Assembly: GCA_902802585.1 (NCBI GenBank)
Contig: CADCMR010000003.1
Location: forward strand, 42,394-106,393
Source of the DNA: an uncultured bacterium
GTDB lineage: Bacteria > Verrucomicrobiota > Lentisphaeria > Victivallales > UBA1829
DNA length: 64,000 nt
Direction: 5' to 3'
The position numbers and the translations under genes are program-made. Position 1 is the first letter of the stretch. Every line of letters starts with the position of its first letter. Shown in pieces: positions 42,196-51,908 of the stretch. The notes beneath the pieces were generated by a model, which was not told the DNA's origin, did not search any database, and saw only the letters and a list, made by a program, of their open reading frames with translations.

Positions 42196-45153
42196 TCACT
42201 CATTGGGCGTTTCCAGGCCGTCCGTGATCAAAATGGTGCGTTTCTGCCCGCCGGGAAGCGGGGCGCTGATCACATGGCGCTGTTCAAGTTTATCGATAAT
42301 GTCGGCGGCCTTGTTGTAGCCGATTCCGAGCCTGCGCTGGAGATAGGACGTGCTGACCTGCTGCTCGTTGATGATAATCTCAAGCGCCTTGGTCATGATC
42401 GGCGGGTCGGACGGTTCCAGGTACTTTTCGGCGGCGGCACGGACGACGTCGGAATTCATGCCGTCGGCGGCGTCGTAGTCGTCCAGCTCGTCGTCGTAGC
42501 CTCCATCGCGGGAACCGCCCCGGGAGCCTTTTCCCCTGCCATGGCGGCCCTTGGACTCGTCCTCATCTTCATCCTCCTCGCCGCCCGCGAAAATGCCGTC
42601 GTCGAACATCTGCGGACGCTGCGCCGCGACCTCATCAATGACCTTGGCGATCTCGGGGTCGGAAACATACGCGCCCTGGATGCGCTCCAGGACCGCGCCG
42701 CCCGGCGGATTGAACAGCATGTCGCCGTTGCCGAGCAGTTTTTCCGCGCCGACGGCGTCCAGGATCACGCGGCTGTCCATGCCGTTGCTGACACGGAACG
42801 CGATCTTGGTCGGGATGTTCGCCTTGATGAGGCCGGTGACGACCTCCTTGCGGGGCGACTGTGTGGCGATGACCAGGTGGACGCCCGCGGCGCGGCCCTT
42901 CTGGGCGATGCGGCAGATGCTTGTCTCCACGTCGCTCTTCGCGTCCGTCATCATGATGTCCGCAAGCTCGTCGATAATAATGATTAGGATCGGGAGCTTC
43001 GCCGGGATGATCTCTCCGTAATCGTCGTACACAGGCTGCGGGTCCGGCGGACGCGTGTTGAACGCCGCCAGGTTCTTCGCCTTGACCTTCGCCAGCACCA
43101 TGTAGCGGCGCTCCATCTCGTTGACGCCCCAGCGGAGCGCCAGCGGCACTTTCTTCGGGTCGTTCACGACCGGCGTAATCAGGTGCGGGATCGGACGATA
43201 CATCTCCAGCTCCACAACCTTCGGGTCGACCATGATGAGCTTCAGTTCGTCCGGCGAGAACCGGAAAAGCAGGCTCATGATGAGGGTGTTCATGCAGACG
43301 GACTTGCCGGAGCCGGTGGATCCGGCGATCAACAGGTGCGGCGCCTTGGAAAGGTCGGTCAGGTAGACGGACCCCGCGATGTCGCGTCCCAGCAGGATCG
43401 GGATCGCCGCGCGGGATTCGCGCCAGGTGGCGGACTCCAGCAGCGGACGCAGATAGACCGTGTTCGACACTTTGTTCGGGACTTCAATACCGACCGCGCT
43501 CTTGCCGGGGATTGGCGCACGGATGCGGATGCTCTGCGCCGCCAGCGCCATGGCGATGTTGTTCTGGATGCTGGTAACCTTTTCCACCTTGACGCCGGGA
43601 TTCAGCGCGATCTCGAACTGCGTGACGCGCGGTCCGACCGTAATGTCGGAGATGATGCCGTCGACGTTGAAACTCTGTAATGTCTCCTCCAGCCGGTCCG
43701 TGGCGTTCTGGATATATTTTTTGTCCTCCGTGGCGATCTCGTCGCCGTGGCGGTCCAGCAGCATCGGGCTGGGCAGATGGTATTCCTCGTAGACCGGAGG
43801 CGGCGGTGGCGGCTCGTGAGCGGGAGCGGGCGGCGGCGTCTGGTCAAATCTCTTCTTGTTCTCCGCGAACGTCTGAACCGGAACCACGCGCGGCGTCGGT
43901 TTGGGCGCGGGAGCGGGGACAACGGGTTCCGCCTCGGAGTCCTCCGGTTCGGGCTCGGTATATGCGGCGGCGGGCTCTTCCGGTTCGTCGTATGCTTCCT
44001 GCGGCTGGGGCGCGGGCTGTTGGATAGACCGAGGCGCGGACGACGGCGCGGGAACCGGAGTCGGCGCAACAGGTCTCGGACGCGGCGTGACGACAAGCTC
44101 GTCCGGATCGCGGATGACCGCGCCCGGCACAGGAGGCTGCGCGGTTCCGCGTTTCCGCGGCGGCGCGACGACCTCGTTCGGATCGCGGATGACTGCCGAA
44201 GGTCTCTGCATGGTCTGCGGTTGCGGACGGACCGGCGGAGCGATGACGTCGTCTTCCTCGTTGTCGTTTTCCGGTTCGGCCGGTTTCGCGGGAACGGTAC
44301 GGAGCCCCAAAACCCATCCGAGGGCTTTTTTGAGCTTGGACGATTCCTCTGCCGTCTCTTCCTCCGGGTTCCCGTTCTCTTCAGGTTCCGCATCGGCGTA
44401 CTGATGGATTTCCGGCTCGGGTGCGGGCGGATTCCATTCCTTGCCTTCGGGGTTTCCGGGCGTATAGATGCGGCCTGTGCGACCGGCTGGGACAGGCTGG
44501 ACTTCCGGTTCCTCCGCCGCTTCGGGTTCCTGCGGCTTCGGGTCGGCACGGAACGCGACCTTGAGGAGCGGCAGCCAGTCGCGGATGAACAGGAAAACGA
44601 GCGCGGGCAGAAGAAACGCCAGCGCGACAAGGATTGTGCCGACGTCGCCGATGTAGCGGCGGACCAGTCCGGCGTCAAGCGAAGCGGACGCCTGCGGAGC
44701 CGCCAGGGACGCCCCCGCCACGCCGCCGGACAACGCCAGCAGGGACTGTTCCATGCGGCCTATCCCCAGCCGGTCCGTCTCCGCGATGAACTGCTGCGGC
44801 CACATGGCGAACAGCATGGACGCTCCGACCAGGACCGCCGGCAGAGCCCACCACAGCGTGCCGCGCCGCGGCAGTCCGGGGATGAACCGCCGGAGCAGAA
44901 GCAGGAACACGATCAGCAGGAAGGGATATGTGGCAAGGCCGAACGTGTAGAACATGATCCGTGCGGCGTGCGCGCCGAGAAATCCGATCCAGTTATGATA
45001 GATTGCCGGACCGCCGATCCCGCCTTCCAGCAGCGCCAGGTCCGTCCTGTCGTGAGACAAAATCGCACATGCGATAAGCAGGAACAACGCGGTCCGGAGG
45101 TAGTTTCCGAAATTCCACACGCTTCGTTCTTCCATGCCCTGATCCAATTCCAT
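42196..45153 (-). CDS. ftsK: DNA translocase FtsK
   Basis: N-terminal TMs, Pro-rich linker, PHLLIAGSTGSGKS, IDELAD, ATQSP, LLGNGDML, gamma domain STSYLQRRLGIGYNKAA. Confidence 0.97.
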   Translation of the reverse strand: MELDQGMEERSVWNFGNYLRTALFLLIACAILSHDRTDLALLEGGIGGPAIYHNWIGFLGAHAARIMFYTFGLATYPFLLIVFLLLLRRFIPGLPRRGTLWWALPAVLVGASMLFAMWPQQFIAETDRLGIGRMEQSLLALSGGVAGASLAAPQASASLDAGLVRRYIGDVGTILVALAFLLPALVFLFIRDWLPLLKVAFRADPKPQEPEAAEEPEVQPVPAGRTGRIYTPGNPEGKEWNPPAPEPEIHQYADAEPEENGNPEEETAEESSKLKKALGWVLGLRTVPAKPAEPENDNEEDDVIAPPVRPQPQTMQRPSAVIRDPNEVVAPPRKRGTAQPPVPGAVIRDPDELVVTPRPRPVAPTPVPAPSSAPRSIQQPAPQPQEAYDEPEEPAAAYTEPEPEDSEAEPVVPAPAPKPTPRVVPVQTFAENKKRFDQTPPPAPAHEPPPPPPVYEEYHLPSPMLLDRHGDEIATEDKKYIQNATDRLEETLQSFNVDGIISDITVGPRVTQFEIALNPGVKVEKVTSIQNNIAMALAAQSIRIRAPIPGKSAVGIEVPNKVSNTVYLRPLLESATWRESRAAIPILLGRDIAGSVYLTDLSKAPHLLIAGSTGSGKSVCMNTLIMSLLFRFSPDELKLIMVDPKVVELEMYRPIPHLITPVVNDPKKVPLALRWGVNEMERRYMVLAKVKAKNLAAFNTRPPDPQPVYDDYGEIIPAKLPILIIIIDELADIMMTDAKSDVETSICRIAQKGRAAGVHLVIATQSPRKEVVTGLIKANIPTKIAFRVSNGMDSRVILDAVGAEKLLGNGDMLFNPPGGAVLERIQGAYVSDPEIAKVIDEVAAQRPQMFDDGIFAGGEEDEDEDESKGRHGRGKGSRGGSRDGGYDDELDDYDAADGMNSDVVRAAAEKYLEPSDPPIMTKALEIIINEQQVSTSYLQRRLGIGYNKAADIIDKLEQRHVISAPLPGGQKRTILITDGLETPNE

Positions 45154-45418
45154 TCTGCTTCCTCTCCGTCGTTTCGTTACAGTATAGCAAAATAAGATAG
45201 CACAATTCCCGATTTATGAAAGCCGGAAACAGCCTTTTTCCCGTTTTTTTTGAAAAAAAACGCAAAAACGCCTTTTCAGGGCTCGCGCCGCCGGAAAAAA
45301 ACGTCGAAAAAAATGCGCCCGAACAGCGTTTTTTCGGAAAAAACAATTCGTTTTTAGTCGGATTTATGCTATATTATACCATTGCATTTTCCCCAACCCA
45401 AACAAGGAGCAGTTCGCT

Positions 45419-46918
45419 ATGGGCGGTTTTTTCGGCGTTGTCTCTAACGGTGACTGCGTGGACGACCTCTTCTACGGGGTCGATTATCATTCGCATCTGG
45501 GTACGGTCCGCGGCGGCATGGCGGTCACAAACCCCTACGGTTCCATCATCCGGTCTATCCACGATATCTCCAACGAAATGTTCCGGTCCAAGTTCGGTCC
45601 CGAACTTGAGATGTTCCGCGGCGCGAAGTGCGGCATCGGCATCATCAGCGACATGGACGACCAGCCGCTTCTGATCGCGTCCCACCTCGGCATGTACAGC
45701 ATCGTGACCGTCGGCAAACTCAACAACATTGAGGAGCTGACCCGGCAGGCGATCGAGGAGCACCACATCCACTTCGCCGAGCACAGCAACGGCGAGCACA
45801 ACCCGACCGAAGTCGTCGCCTCGCTCATCAACACGCAGAAGACCATCGAGGACGGCATCGCATACGCCATGCACCGCATCAAAGGCTCCTGCTCTCTTCT
45901 CGTGATGGCGGACGGAAAGATCTACGCCGCCCGCGACCGCTACGGGCGCACCCCCGTCTCCCTCGCGAAGAAGCCCGGTGCGATGGCGGTCGCCATGGAG
46001 ACCTCCGCCTATCCGAACCTCGACTACGAATTCGTGCGCGACCTCGGTCCCGGCGAAATCGTGCTGGTCGACGCCGAATCCGCCGTACAGCTCAAGGAAC
46101 CCGAAGAGACCATGCAGATCTGCTCGTTCCTCTGGGTCTATTTCGGCTACCCCTCCTCCGACTACGAGGGACGCAACACCGAGACCGTGCGCTACGAAAA
46201 TGGCGCGCGCATCGCCGCGCATGACGACGTTGAGGTCGATTCCGTCTGCGGCGTGCCAGATTCCGGCGTCGCCCACGCCATCGGCTACTCGAACAAGAAG
46301 GGTCGCCCCTATCTCCGTGCCCTCGTCAAATACACCCCCACCTGGCTCCGCAGCTTCATGCCCCAGGTCCAGTCCCACCGCAACCTCATCGCGAAGATGA
46401 AGCTTCTCCCCGTGCAGGACCAGATCGCGGGAAAACGCCTGCTCTTCTGCGATGACTCCATCGTCCGCGGCACCCAGTTCCGCGACGTCACGCGCCGTCT
46501 GCTCGGTCGCGGCGCGAAGGAAGTGCATCTGCGCTCCGCCTCCCCGCCGCTCGCCTTCCCCTGCCTCTTCCTCAACTTCTCGCGTTCGCGCTCCGTCATG
46601 GACCTCGCCGCGCGCCGCATCATCGCCGAGCTTGAAGGCGGCGAACCCACGCCGGAAATCCTGCGCGAATACATCACCGCCGGCACCCCGCGCTATGAAC
46701 GAATGGTCGAAATGATCCGCCGGAAACTCGGACTCACGACCCTGAAATACCAGACCATCGACCAGCTCGTCGAGGCGATCGGGCTCCCGAAGTGCAAGCT
46801 CTGCACCTTCTGCTTCGACGGCTGCGACCCGACCGGCTGCGCCAAGTGGATCGGCTGCGCCTGCCCGCCGCACAACGGCGACGAACCCGAAACCAAGCCC
46901 GAACCGAAAAAAGCTTAA
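45419..46918 (+). CDS. purF: Amidophosphoribosyltransferase, variant lacking the N-terminal Cys
   Basis: HLGTVRGG, ARDRYGRTP, VPDSG, PRPP motif DDSIVRGT, Fe-S cysteines; N-terminus is MGGFFG. Confidence 0.92.
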   Translation: MGGFFGVVSNGDCVDDLFYGVDYHSHLGTVRGGMAVTNPYGSIIRSIHDISNEMFRSKFGPELEMFRGAKCGIGIISDMDDQPLLIASHLGMYSIVTVGKLNNIEELTRQAIEEHHIHFAEHSNGEHNPTEVVASLINTQKTIEDGIAYAMHRIKGSCSLLVMADGKIYAARDRYGRTPVSLAKKPGAMAVAMETSAYPNLDYEFVRDLGPGEIVLVDAESAVQLKEPEETMQICSFLWVYFGYPSSDYEGRNTETVRYENGARIAAHDDVEVDSVCGVPDSGVAHAIGYSNKKGRPYLRALVKYTPTWLRSFMPQVQSHRNLIAKMKLLPVQDQIAGKRLLFCDDSIVRGTQFRDVTRRLLGRGAKEVHLRSASPPLAFPCLFLNFSRSRSVMDLAARRIIAELEGGEPTPEILREYITAGTPRYERMVEMIRRKLGLTTLKYQTIDQLVEAIGLPKCKLCTFCFDGCDPTGCAKWIGCACPPHNGDEPETKPEPKKA

Positions 46919-46993
46919 CCCGGAGAATCCACTCCGCGCCATTTTAACAGTCAACATCCGACATCCGCCCATTTTAGGAAAGGAGCGCATTTT

Positions 46994-49090
46994 ATGAGAT
47001 CGAAGTCCTGGAACCGTTTTCTGTCCGCATTCATGATCGTTTTTGCGCTGCTCCTGGGCGCCTGCCGGAGCACCGCCCCGGAGGAAAAAGCCGCCGCGGC
47101 AAACGATGAAACTGTCGCAATGGATGAACCCGCCAGGCCGTGGTCGACCGCGCGCCTCGTCGGCGAGCTCTCCGGACACGACCCGCTCGAAGGCTTCAAC
47201 CGGAGCATGTTCGAGGTGGACACCGTGATCATGGACTACATCGCGCGTCCGCTGGGCTGGATCTGGTCCAGCATCCTGCCGCGCCCCGTGATCCAGTGCA
47301 TCGAAAACGCCTGCCACAACCTCGCCTTCCCCGGCCGCGCGATCTCCTCGCTCGGCAGCGCCGAATGGGAGTGCGCGGGCGTCGAGACCGGACGTTTCCT
47401 GCTGAATTCCACCATCGGCATCGCCGGCCTCTTCGACCCCGCCGAATACTGGTTCCACCTCTACAAGACCGACGCCGACTTCGGGCGCATGTTCGCCACC
47501 TGGGGCATCGGTCCCGGCTGCCGCCTCATCATCCCCGGCAGCAAGCACATCAACGTCCGCGACGACATCGGCAGCATCTTCGACTATCTGCTGGACATCC
47601 GCACCTATCTGCCCTACTCCAGCTGGGCGTACATCAACAACGTCGTGGCGCTCCATCCGCAGTTCGTGAACGCGATCAAGGGGTCCGCCGACCCGTACCG
47701 CACCTATGTGATGATGTCGCTCCTGAACCGCGAACTCCAGCTCGACAAATGGTACTACGACTACGCCAAGGACGTCTACCACGACCGCCTGCCCGAGCTC
47801 CCGCCCGACCAGGGCACCACGATGCCGAAAACCCTCCGCGGTCGCCGCAAGGTCCTTGAAGGCTACCATTCGCTCGGCCCCGTCGCCGACACCCTCCGCG
47901 CGCTCTATTTCGTGCCGCAGAAGGACCACGACTGGTGGTACGCGCGCCTTTCCATCTTCAACTCCGATTTCGAGGACAAGATCCACACGCGCAAGGTCAA
48001 GGCAGGCGAAGACCCCGACCGCTCCCGCCTCAGATACGGGTTCTTCGAAGCGCCGAAGCCGAAGGATGAAAACGAAGTCCGCCCCGAAAAGCTCGCCATC
48101 GTCATCCCCGGCATCGGCAGCATCTACAACAGCCAGACCGCCCTCGCCACCGCCGAGGAGTTCTACAACGCCGGCTACAGCGTCGTCCTGCTCGACAACG
48201 GCTTCAACTGGCATTTCATGGTCGCCACCGACGGCAGGCTCCCCGGTTACACTCCGCACGAGGCCGCCCACATGCGCACCATCATCCAGCGCATCCTCGC
48301 CGACCTCCGCGAGGACGGCAAGATCAAGGAACCGCGGATCGTCCTCACCGGCTGGTCCATGGGCGCGATCGAGCTCTGCCACATCGCCGCCATGGAGGAA
48401 AAGGAAAATACCCTCGGCATCAGCCGTTATCTCCCCATCAACCCGCCCGCCGACCTCATCACCACCCTCAAGACCATCGACGGCTACGCCGCCGCGACCG
48501 ATTCCTGGACCTTTGACGACGCCGTGGAGAAGGTCTCCACCGGGGCCGGGCTCCAGTACGTCCTTACCAAAAATGTGATCCCGCCGCTCGATCCCGAAAA
48601 ACCCGAGACCGTCACGCGTCCGCCGCTCGTCCCCGACGACACCGCCAAGTTCTTCATCGCGTTCGCACTGCAGAGCTGCCTCGGCGAAGTCCTGGAGCAG
48701 ACACAGCGCGAGGGCAAGTACCCCCTCCTCGGAATCGAATCCCCCTGCACCATGTTCAACCGCGAAGACTTCTACCGCGAAATCGGCGAAGTCGGCTTCA
48801 TGGAGTACATCACGCGCTTCCTCTTCCCCCAGATGGGCAAGTCCATGGACGAACTTGACACGCTCGCCGCCGAATCCGGTCTCCGCGCCGTCGAATCCAC
48901 CCTCAAGAATAACAAGTCCGTCCGCATGATCCATTCCTGGGACGACATCCTCATCACCGACGAAGACCGCAAGTTCCTTGACGAAACCCTCGGCGACCGC
49001 ATCACCTGGTTCTCCAACGGCGGCCACTGCGGTGAATTCTACACCAAATCCTTCCGCGAAGAACTCCTTTCCCGCGCCGAAGAAGAGTAA
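46994..49090 (+). CDS. MlaA/VacJ lipoprotein fused to an alpha/beta hydrolase
   Basis: Lipobox LLGAC; MlaA motifs DPLEGFNRSMF, RFLLNSTIGIAGLFDPA, DFGRMFATWGIGPG; hydrolase motifs IPGIGS, GWSMGA, WDD, GGHCG. Confidence 0.85.
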   Translation: MRSKSWNRFLSAFMIVFALLLGACRSTAPEEKAAAANDETVAMDEPARPWSTARLVGELSGHDPLEGFNRSMFEVDTVIMDYIARPLGWIWSSILPRPVIQCIENACHNLAFPGRAISSLGSAEWECAGVETGRFLLNSTIGIAGLFDPAEYWFHLYKTDADFGRMFATWGIGPGCRLIIPGSKHINVRDDIGSIFDYLLDIRTYLPYSSWAYINNVVALHPQFVNAIKGSADPYRTYVMMSLLNRELQLDKWYYDYAKDVYHDRLPELPPDQGTTMPKTLRGRRKVLEGYHSLGPVADTLRALYFVPQKDHDWWYARLSIFNSDFEDKIHTRKVKAGEDPDRSRLRYGFFEAPKPKDENEVRPEKLAIVIPGIGSIYNSQTALATAEEFYNAGYSVVLLDNGFNWHFMVATDGRLPGYTPHEAAHMRTIIQRILADLREDGKIKEPRIVLTGWSMGAIELCHIAAMEEKENTLGISRYLPINPPADLITTLKTIDGYAAATDSWTFDDAVEKVSTGAGLQYVLTKNVIPPLDPEKPETVTRPPLVPDDTAKFFIAFALQSCLGEVLEQTQREGKYPLLGIESPCTMFNREDFYREIGEVGFMEYITRFLFPQMGKSMDELDTLAAESGLRAVESTLKNNKSVRMIHSWDDILITDEDRKFLDETLGDRITWFSNGGHCGEFYTKSFREELLSRAEEE

Positions 49091-49114
49091 GTTCTTTCGC
49101 GTTCCGCCCGGTTA

Positions 49115-49188
49115 GTGGTTGTTTCCAAAATGGAAATAACCACTTTCAAGGCATCATAGCCCCAACTGTTTCCAAAATGGAAATAGTT
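49115..49188. repeat. Two copies of the 19-bp palindrome TGTTTCCAAAATGGAAATA, 47 bp apart
   Basis: Copies at 49120-49138 and 49167-49185; each extends into its own longer inverted repeat (GTGGT/ACCAC and AAC/GTT). Confidence 0.85.
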
Positions 49189-49201
49189 CATCAGAAAGGA
49201 A

Positions 49202-49813
49202 ATGACGATGGATTGGAAACAGCAGTTCAAAGTTCATGATCTCAGCTTCCGGGAGACCATTATCATTCTCCTGGTGGTCGCGGTTTGTGAGGTTATCCTG
49301 ATGTTTATCTTCCCCTGGCGGGGGCCGGTTTGGAATGCAGTCACTCGCTGCGGGATCAACCAAAGGTCGATCTACAGAATCATGAGCAGGGTTCCCGACG
49401 GGGACGAATTCGAGCTGCCGCCCGAATGGACCGTCGCCGACCTGATCCGGGAGGCGGTCAGGAAAGACCGTCAATCGCCCCACCCCATGGAGGAACATTA
49501 TTTTATCTGCCGGAATATCAGTAAAGTACGCGAATGCGATTTTCCCTATGACCTTCGGCCCTATCTGGTGTTTCCGGTGTCCGCCTCGGTCGTGTTCGAC
49601 GAATCGCTTCAGAAGCCCGTTCCGATCCTCATGTGCTGGCCGGGCGCGCATGACGGCAAACACTGCTCGATGGTCCTCTACTCCGATGGAACAACGAAAC
49701 CCCTGACTCCGGAAGAGGCGGAAAAGCTCGTTGCCGAGTATTCGCCCGTGCCGCTCGAACTGAAACCGGAAACAACCGATGAAAGCAGTGTCCGGTCCGG
49801 CGACGGCGAGTAA
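49202..49813 (+). CDS. Pilin-like membrane protein, array paralogue 1
   Basis: TM, C..N, WTVADLIRE, YLVFP, PVPILMC.PGAH, VLYSDG, EEAEKLV. Confidence 0.8.
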   Translation: MTMDWKQQFKVHDLSFRETIIILLVVAVCEVILMFIFPWRGPVWNAVTRCGINQRSIYRIMSRVPDGDEFELPPEWTVADLIREAVRKDRQSPHPMEEHYFICRNISKVRECDFPYDLRPYLVFPVSASVVFDESLQKPVPILMCWPGAHDGKHCSMVLYSDGTTKPLTPEEAEKLVAEYSPVPLELKPETTDESSVRSGDGE

Positions 49814-49873
49814 ATCGCCGCCCGGAATCATTCGTCCAGACATGCTTTTTTTCATCTTTTTCTGTTCTTTCTA

Positions 49874-49902
49874 TTGGTTTTTCCGGCGTCCTGTGGTATA
49901 AT
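49874..49902 (+). promoter_or_regulatory. Internal sigma70 promoter of the paralogue array
   Basis: TTGGTT-17 bp-TATAAT with an extended TG. Confidence 0.65.
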
Positions 49903-49955
49903 AGTTAGGGAAATTCTATTTGACGGGCAATCGCAACAACAAGTCCGGAGGGCGA

Positions 49956-50069
49956 ATGACAACGGAAAAGAAAACGTGGAAAAAGATTTGGCACGCGCGA
50001 GTGCCGAATCTGTCATGGGCGCGTTTCCGCATCGCGTTTCGGGGTAATCCGGAGGGCATGATCCGATGA
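49956..50069 (+). CDS. 37-aa basic/aromatic small ORF coupled to paralogue 2
   Basis: GGAGGG RBS; MTTEKKTWKKIWHARVPNLSWARFRIAFRGNPEGMIR; its TGA overlaps ATG 50066. Confidence 0.45.
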   Translation: MTTEKKTWKKIWHARVPNLSWARFRIAFRGNPEGMIR

Positions 50070-50719
50070 AAACCGCGGACAAAATGGTGCGGACCGTGCC
50101 GTTCTGGAAGTCGTGTTCGACGGTCCTTTGGATCTTCCTGATCCTGTGCATCGCGTCCACGGTCCTGCATAATTGGGACCATAAGACGTGGCAGAATACA
50201 ACGGGGCTGTTCCAGAAATGCACGGACAACCTCAAATGTATTTTCTGGACCGCCTGCGAGGCGGCGAAACGCTACGACGGAACCGGGGAGGAAACGCGGG
50301 AGCTCCCGCCCGGAATGACGTTTTACGACCTGATCCGGGAGCCGGACCCGGCGGCATTGTTCGGCTCGGAGGAAGATCGGTTAGTCTGTCCGAAAGACGG
50401 ACAGGCGTACCTGGTGTTTCCGGTCTCCGCCGCCGATGTCCTCAATTACTTCCAATACGAGGCAATGCTCCGCGACGGAGCGAAGCCGGAACGCGAGCTC
50501 CGGGCGTTCCCGCTCGCCATGTGCCCCTGTACCCATTCCAATCTCGGGGAAAGAAACAATCCGCAATACGTTCTGATCCTGTATTCGGACGGAACAATCA
50601 AGCCCAAAACACCCGAGGAAGCCGAAGCATTCGCCGCGGAACAGTCGCTCCGCCTGCTCGGTCCCTCAAAACCAAAGGACAGATGGAAATGGCTGAAAGA
50701 CCTGACAAGGATCCGGTAA
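50066..50719 (+). CDS. Pilin-like membrane protein, array paralogue 2
   Basis: TM, CTDNL, YDLIRE, CPKDGQAYLVFP, MCPCTH, ILYSDG, EEAE. Confidence 0.8.
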   Translation: MKTADKMVRTVPFWKSCSTVLWIFLILCIASTVLHNWDHKTWQNTTGLFQKCTDNLKCIFWTACEAAKRYDGTGEETRELPPGMTFYDLIREPDPAALFGSEEDRLVCPKDGQAYLVFPVSAADVLNYFQYEAMLRDGAKPERELRAFPLAMCPCTHSNLGERNNPQYVLILYSDGTIKPKTPEEAEAFAAEQSLRLLGPSKPKDRWKWLKDLTRIR

Positions 50720-51336
50720 GCCCGGCGAAACAAGGAGAAAACGGCGCCGTCCGCGTGTATCATCTGATATGGATCCTTGTGATCATGGCGGTGTTCTTCG
50801 TGCTGATGGGGGTCCTTCTGCCGCCATTGGGTCAGGCGAAACCCGGCCCCGTTGCCACAGACTGCCGAATCAATCTCTTTATCGGGTGGAAGGAATTGAG
50901 GTATGATCTGCCGGAGCAGTACGAGGACAATGCCGGAAATCCGCCGCCGGAATGGACCATCCCGGACCTGATCCGCGCGGTGAACAAGTCGTGGAATAGA
51001 GACCGCCCGCTTTTCTCGTCCTGCCCCGTGTTCTTCCTCCCGGAAGACAAAGGCGGGCGGAAGCAGGGATATCTGGTGTTCCCCGAGCCCGCTTCGGTCG
51101 TGTTCGACGATTCGCTCCGGCCGCCCGTCCCGATCGTCATGGACCTGCCCGGCACGCACGGCGATTTCTACGGCACGAACGTCCTTTTCTCCGACGGGAC
51201 CGTGATCTCGCTGACCGCGGAAGAGGCGGAAAAGCTCGTCGCGGAAAAGTCGCCCGTGCCGATCGAGGAGGTCTACCGGAACGACGAAGAGGCGGAGAAT
51301 CTTGTTTCCGAAGATCAATCCGAGGAGGGGAAATAA
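50683..51336 (+). CDS. Pilin-like membrane protein, array paralogue 3
   Basis: Start at ATG 50683 (AAGGA RBS); TM, CRINL, WTIPDLIR, YLVFP, PGTHGDFYGTNVLFSDG, EEAEKLV. Confidence 0.8.
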   Translation: MEMAERPDKDPVSPAKQGENGAVRVYHLIWILVIMAVFFVLMGVLLPPLGQAKPGPVATDCRINLFIGWKELRYDLPEQYEDNAGNPPPEWTIPDLIRAVNKSWNRDRPLFSSCPVFFLPEDKGGRKQGYLVFPEPASVVFDDSLRPPVPIVMDLPGTHGDFYGTNVLFSDGTVISLTAEEAEKLVAEKSPVPIEEVYRNDEEAENLVSEDQSEEGK

Positions 51337-51338
51337 GT

Positions 51339-51908
51339 ATGGATTGGAAAAAACGGTTCGACATCCACAAAGAAGCAGGCTGTGGCTTGATAATAGGCGT
51401 CATCTTCCTGATCGCGGTGCTCGTATTTTTTCTTTTCATCCCAATTTGCTCAAAGAGTGCGGCCCTTTCCGCCAAATGTATCGTCAATCTGAACTTTATC
51501 CCCATATACATGTATCATACGGCGGAAGAAATGGAACCGGAAGACCTGGCGAAAATGACGGTCGCCGATCTGCTTCAGGAGTCGGTCCGCAAATGGAAGA
51601 TGAAGGAAAATGAGCTCGTCTGCCCCATTGACGGTCGGTCGTATGATATCTTTCCTCTGTCCGCCGCCGAGTTTGTCCGGCGTTTCGAATCCGGGGATCA
51701 TCCGGTTCCGGTCGTCATGTGTCGCGGCACGCATGTGAAAGAAGTAAGGGGATGCTTCGGCTGGTACAAAACATACTACGGAACGCCGGTCGTTCATACG
51801 GACAGGCGCAGAGAATTGAGCCGGGAAGAGGTGGAGAAACTTGTTTCGGAGTATTCACCCGCACCGCTCAAGCTTGATTTTGAATCACAACCGGAGGAGG
51901 GCAAATGA
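51339..51908 (+). CDS. Pilin-like membrane protein, array paralogue 4
   Basis: TM, CIVNL, TVADLLQE, CPIDGRSYDIFP, PVPVVMCRGTH, VHTDR, EEVEKLV. Confidence 0.8.
   Translation: MDWKKRFDIHKEAGCGLIIGVIFLIAVLVFFLFIPICSKSAALSAKCIVNLNFIPIYMYHTAEEMEPEDLAKMTVADLLQESVRKWKMKENELVCPIDGRSYDIFPLSAAEFVRRFESGDHPVPVVMCRGTHVKEVRGCFGWYKTYYGTPVVHTDRRRELSREEVEKLVSEYSPAPLKLDFESQPEEGK

Noticed and set aside
49120-49185. Possible mini-CRISPR array
   Set aside because: Only two 19-bp repeats, flanks pair within each copy, and there are no cas genes or leader. Kept as an operator/recombination-site candidate instead.
50188-50682. 382-aa reading of paralogue 3 from ATG 50188
   Set aside because: The first 165 aa overlap paralogue 2 out of frame; family similarity and an RBS start at 50683.
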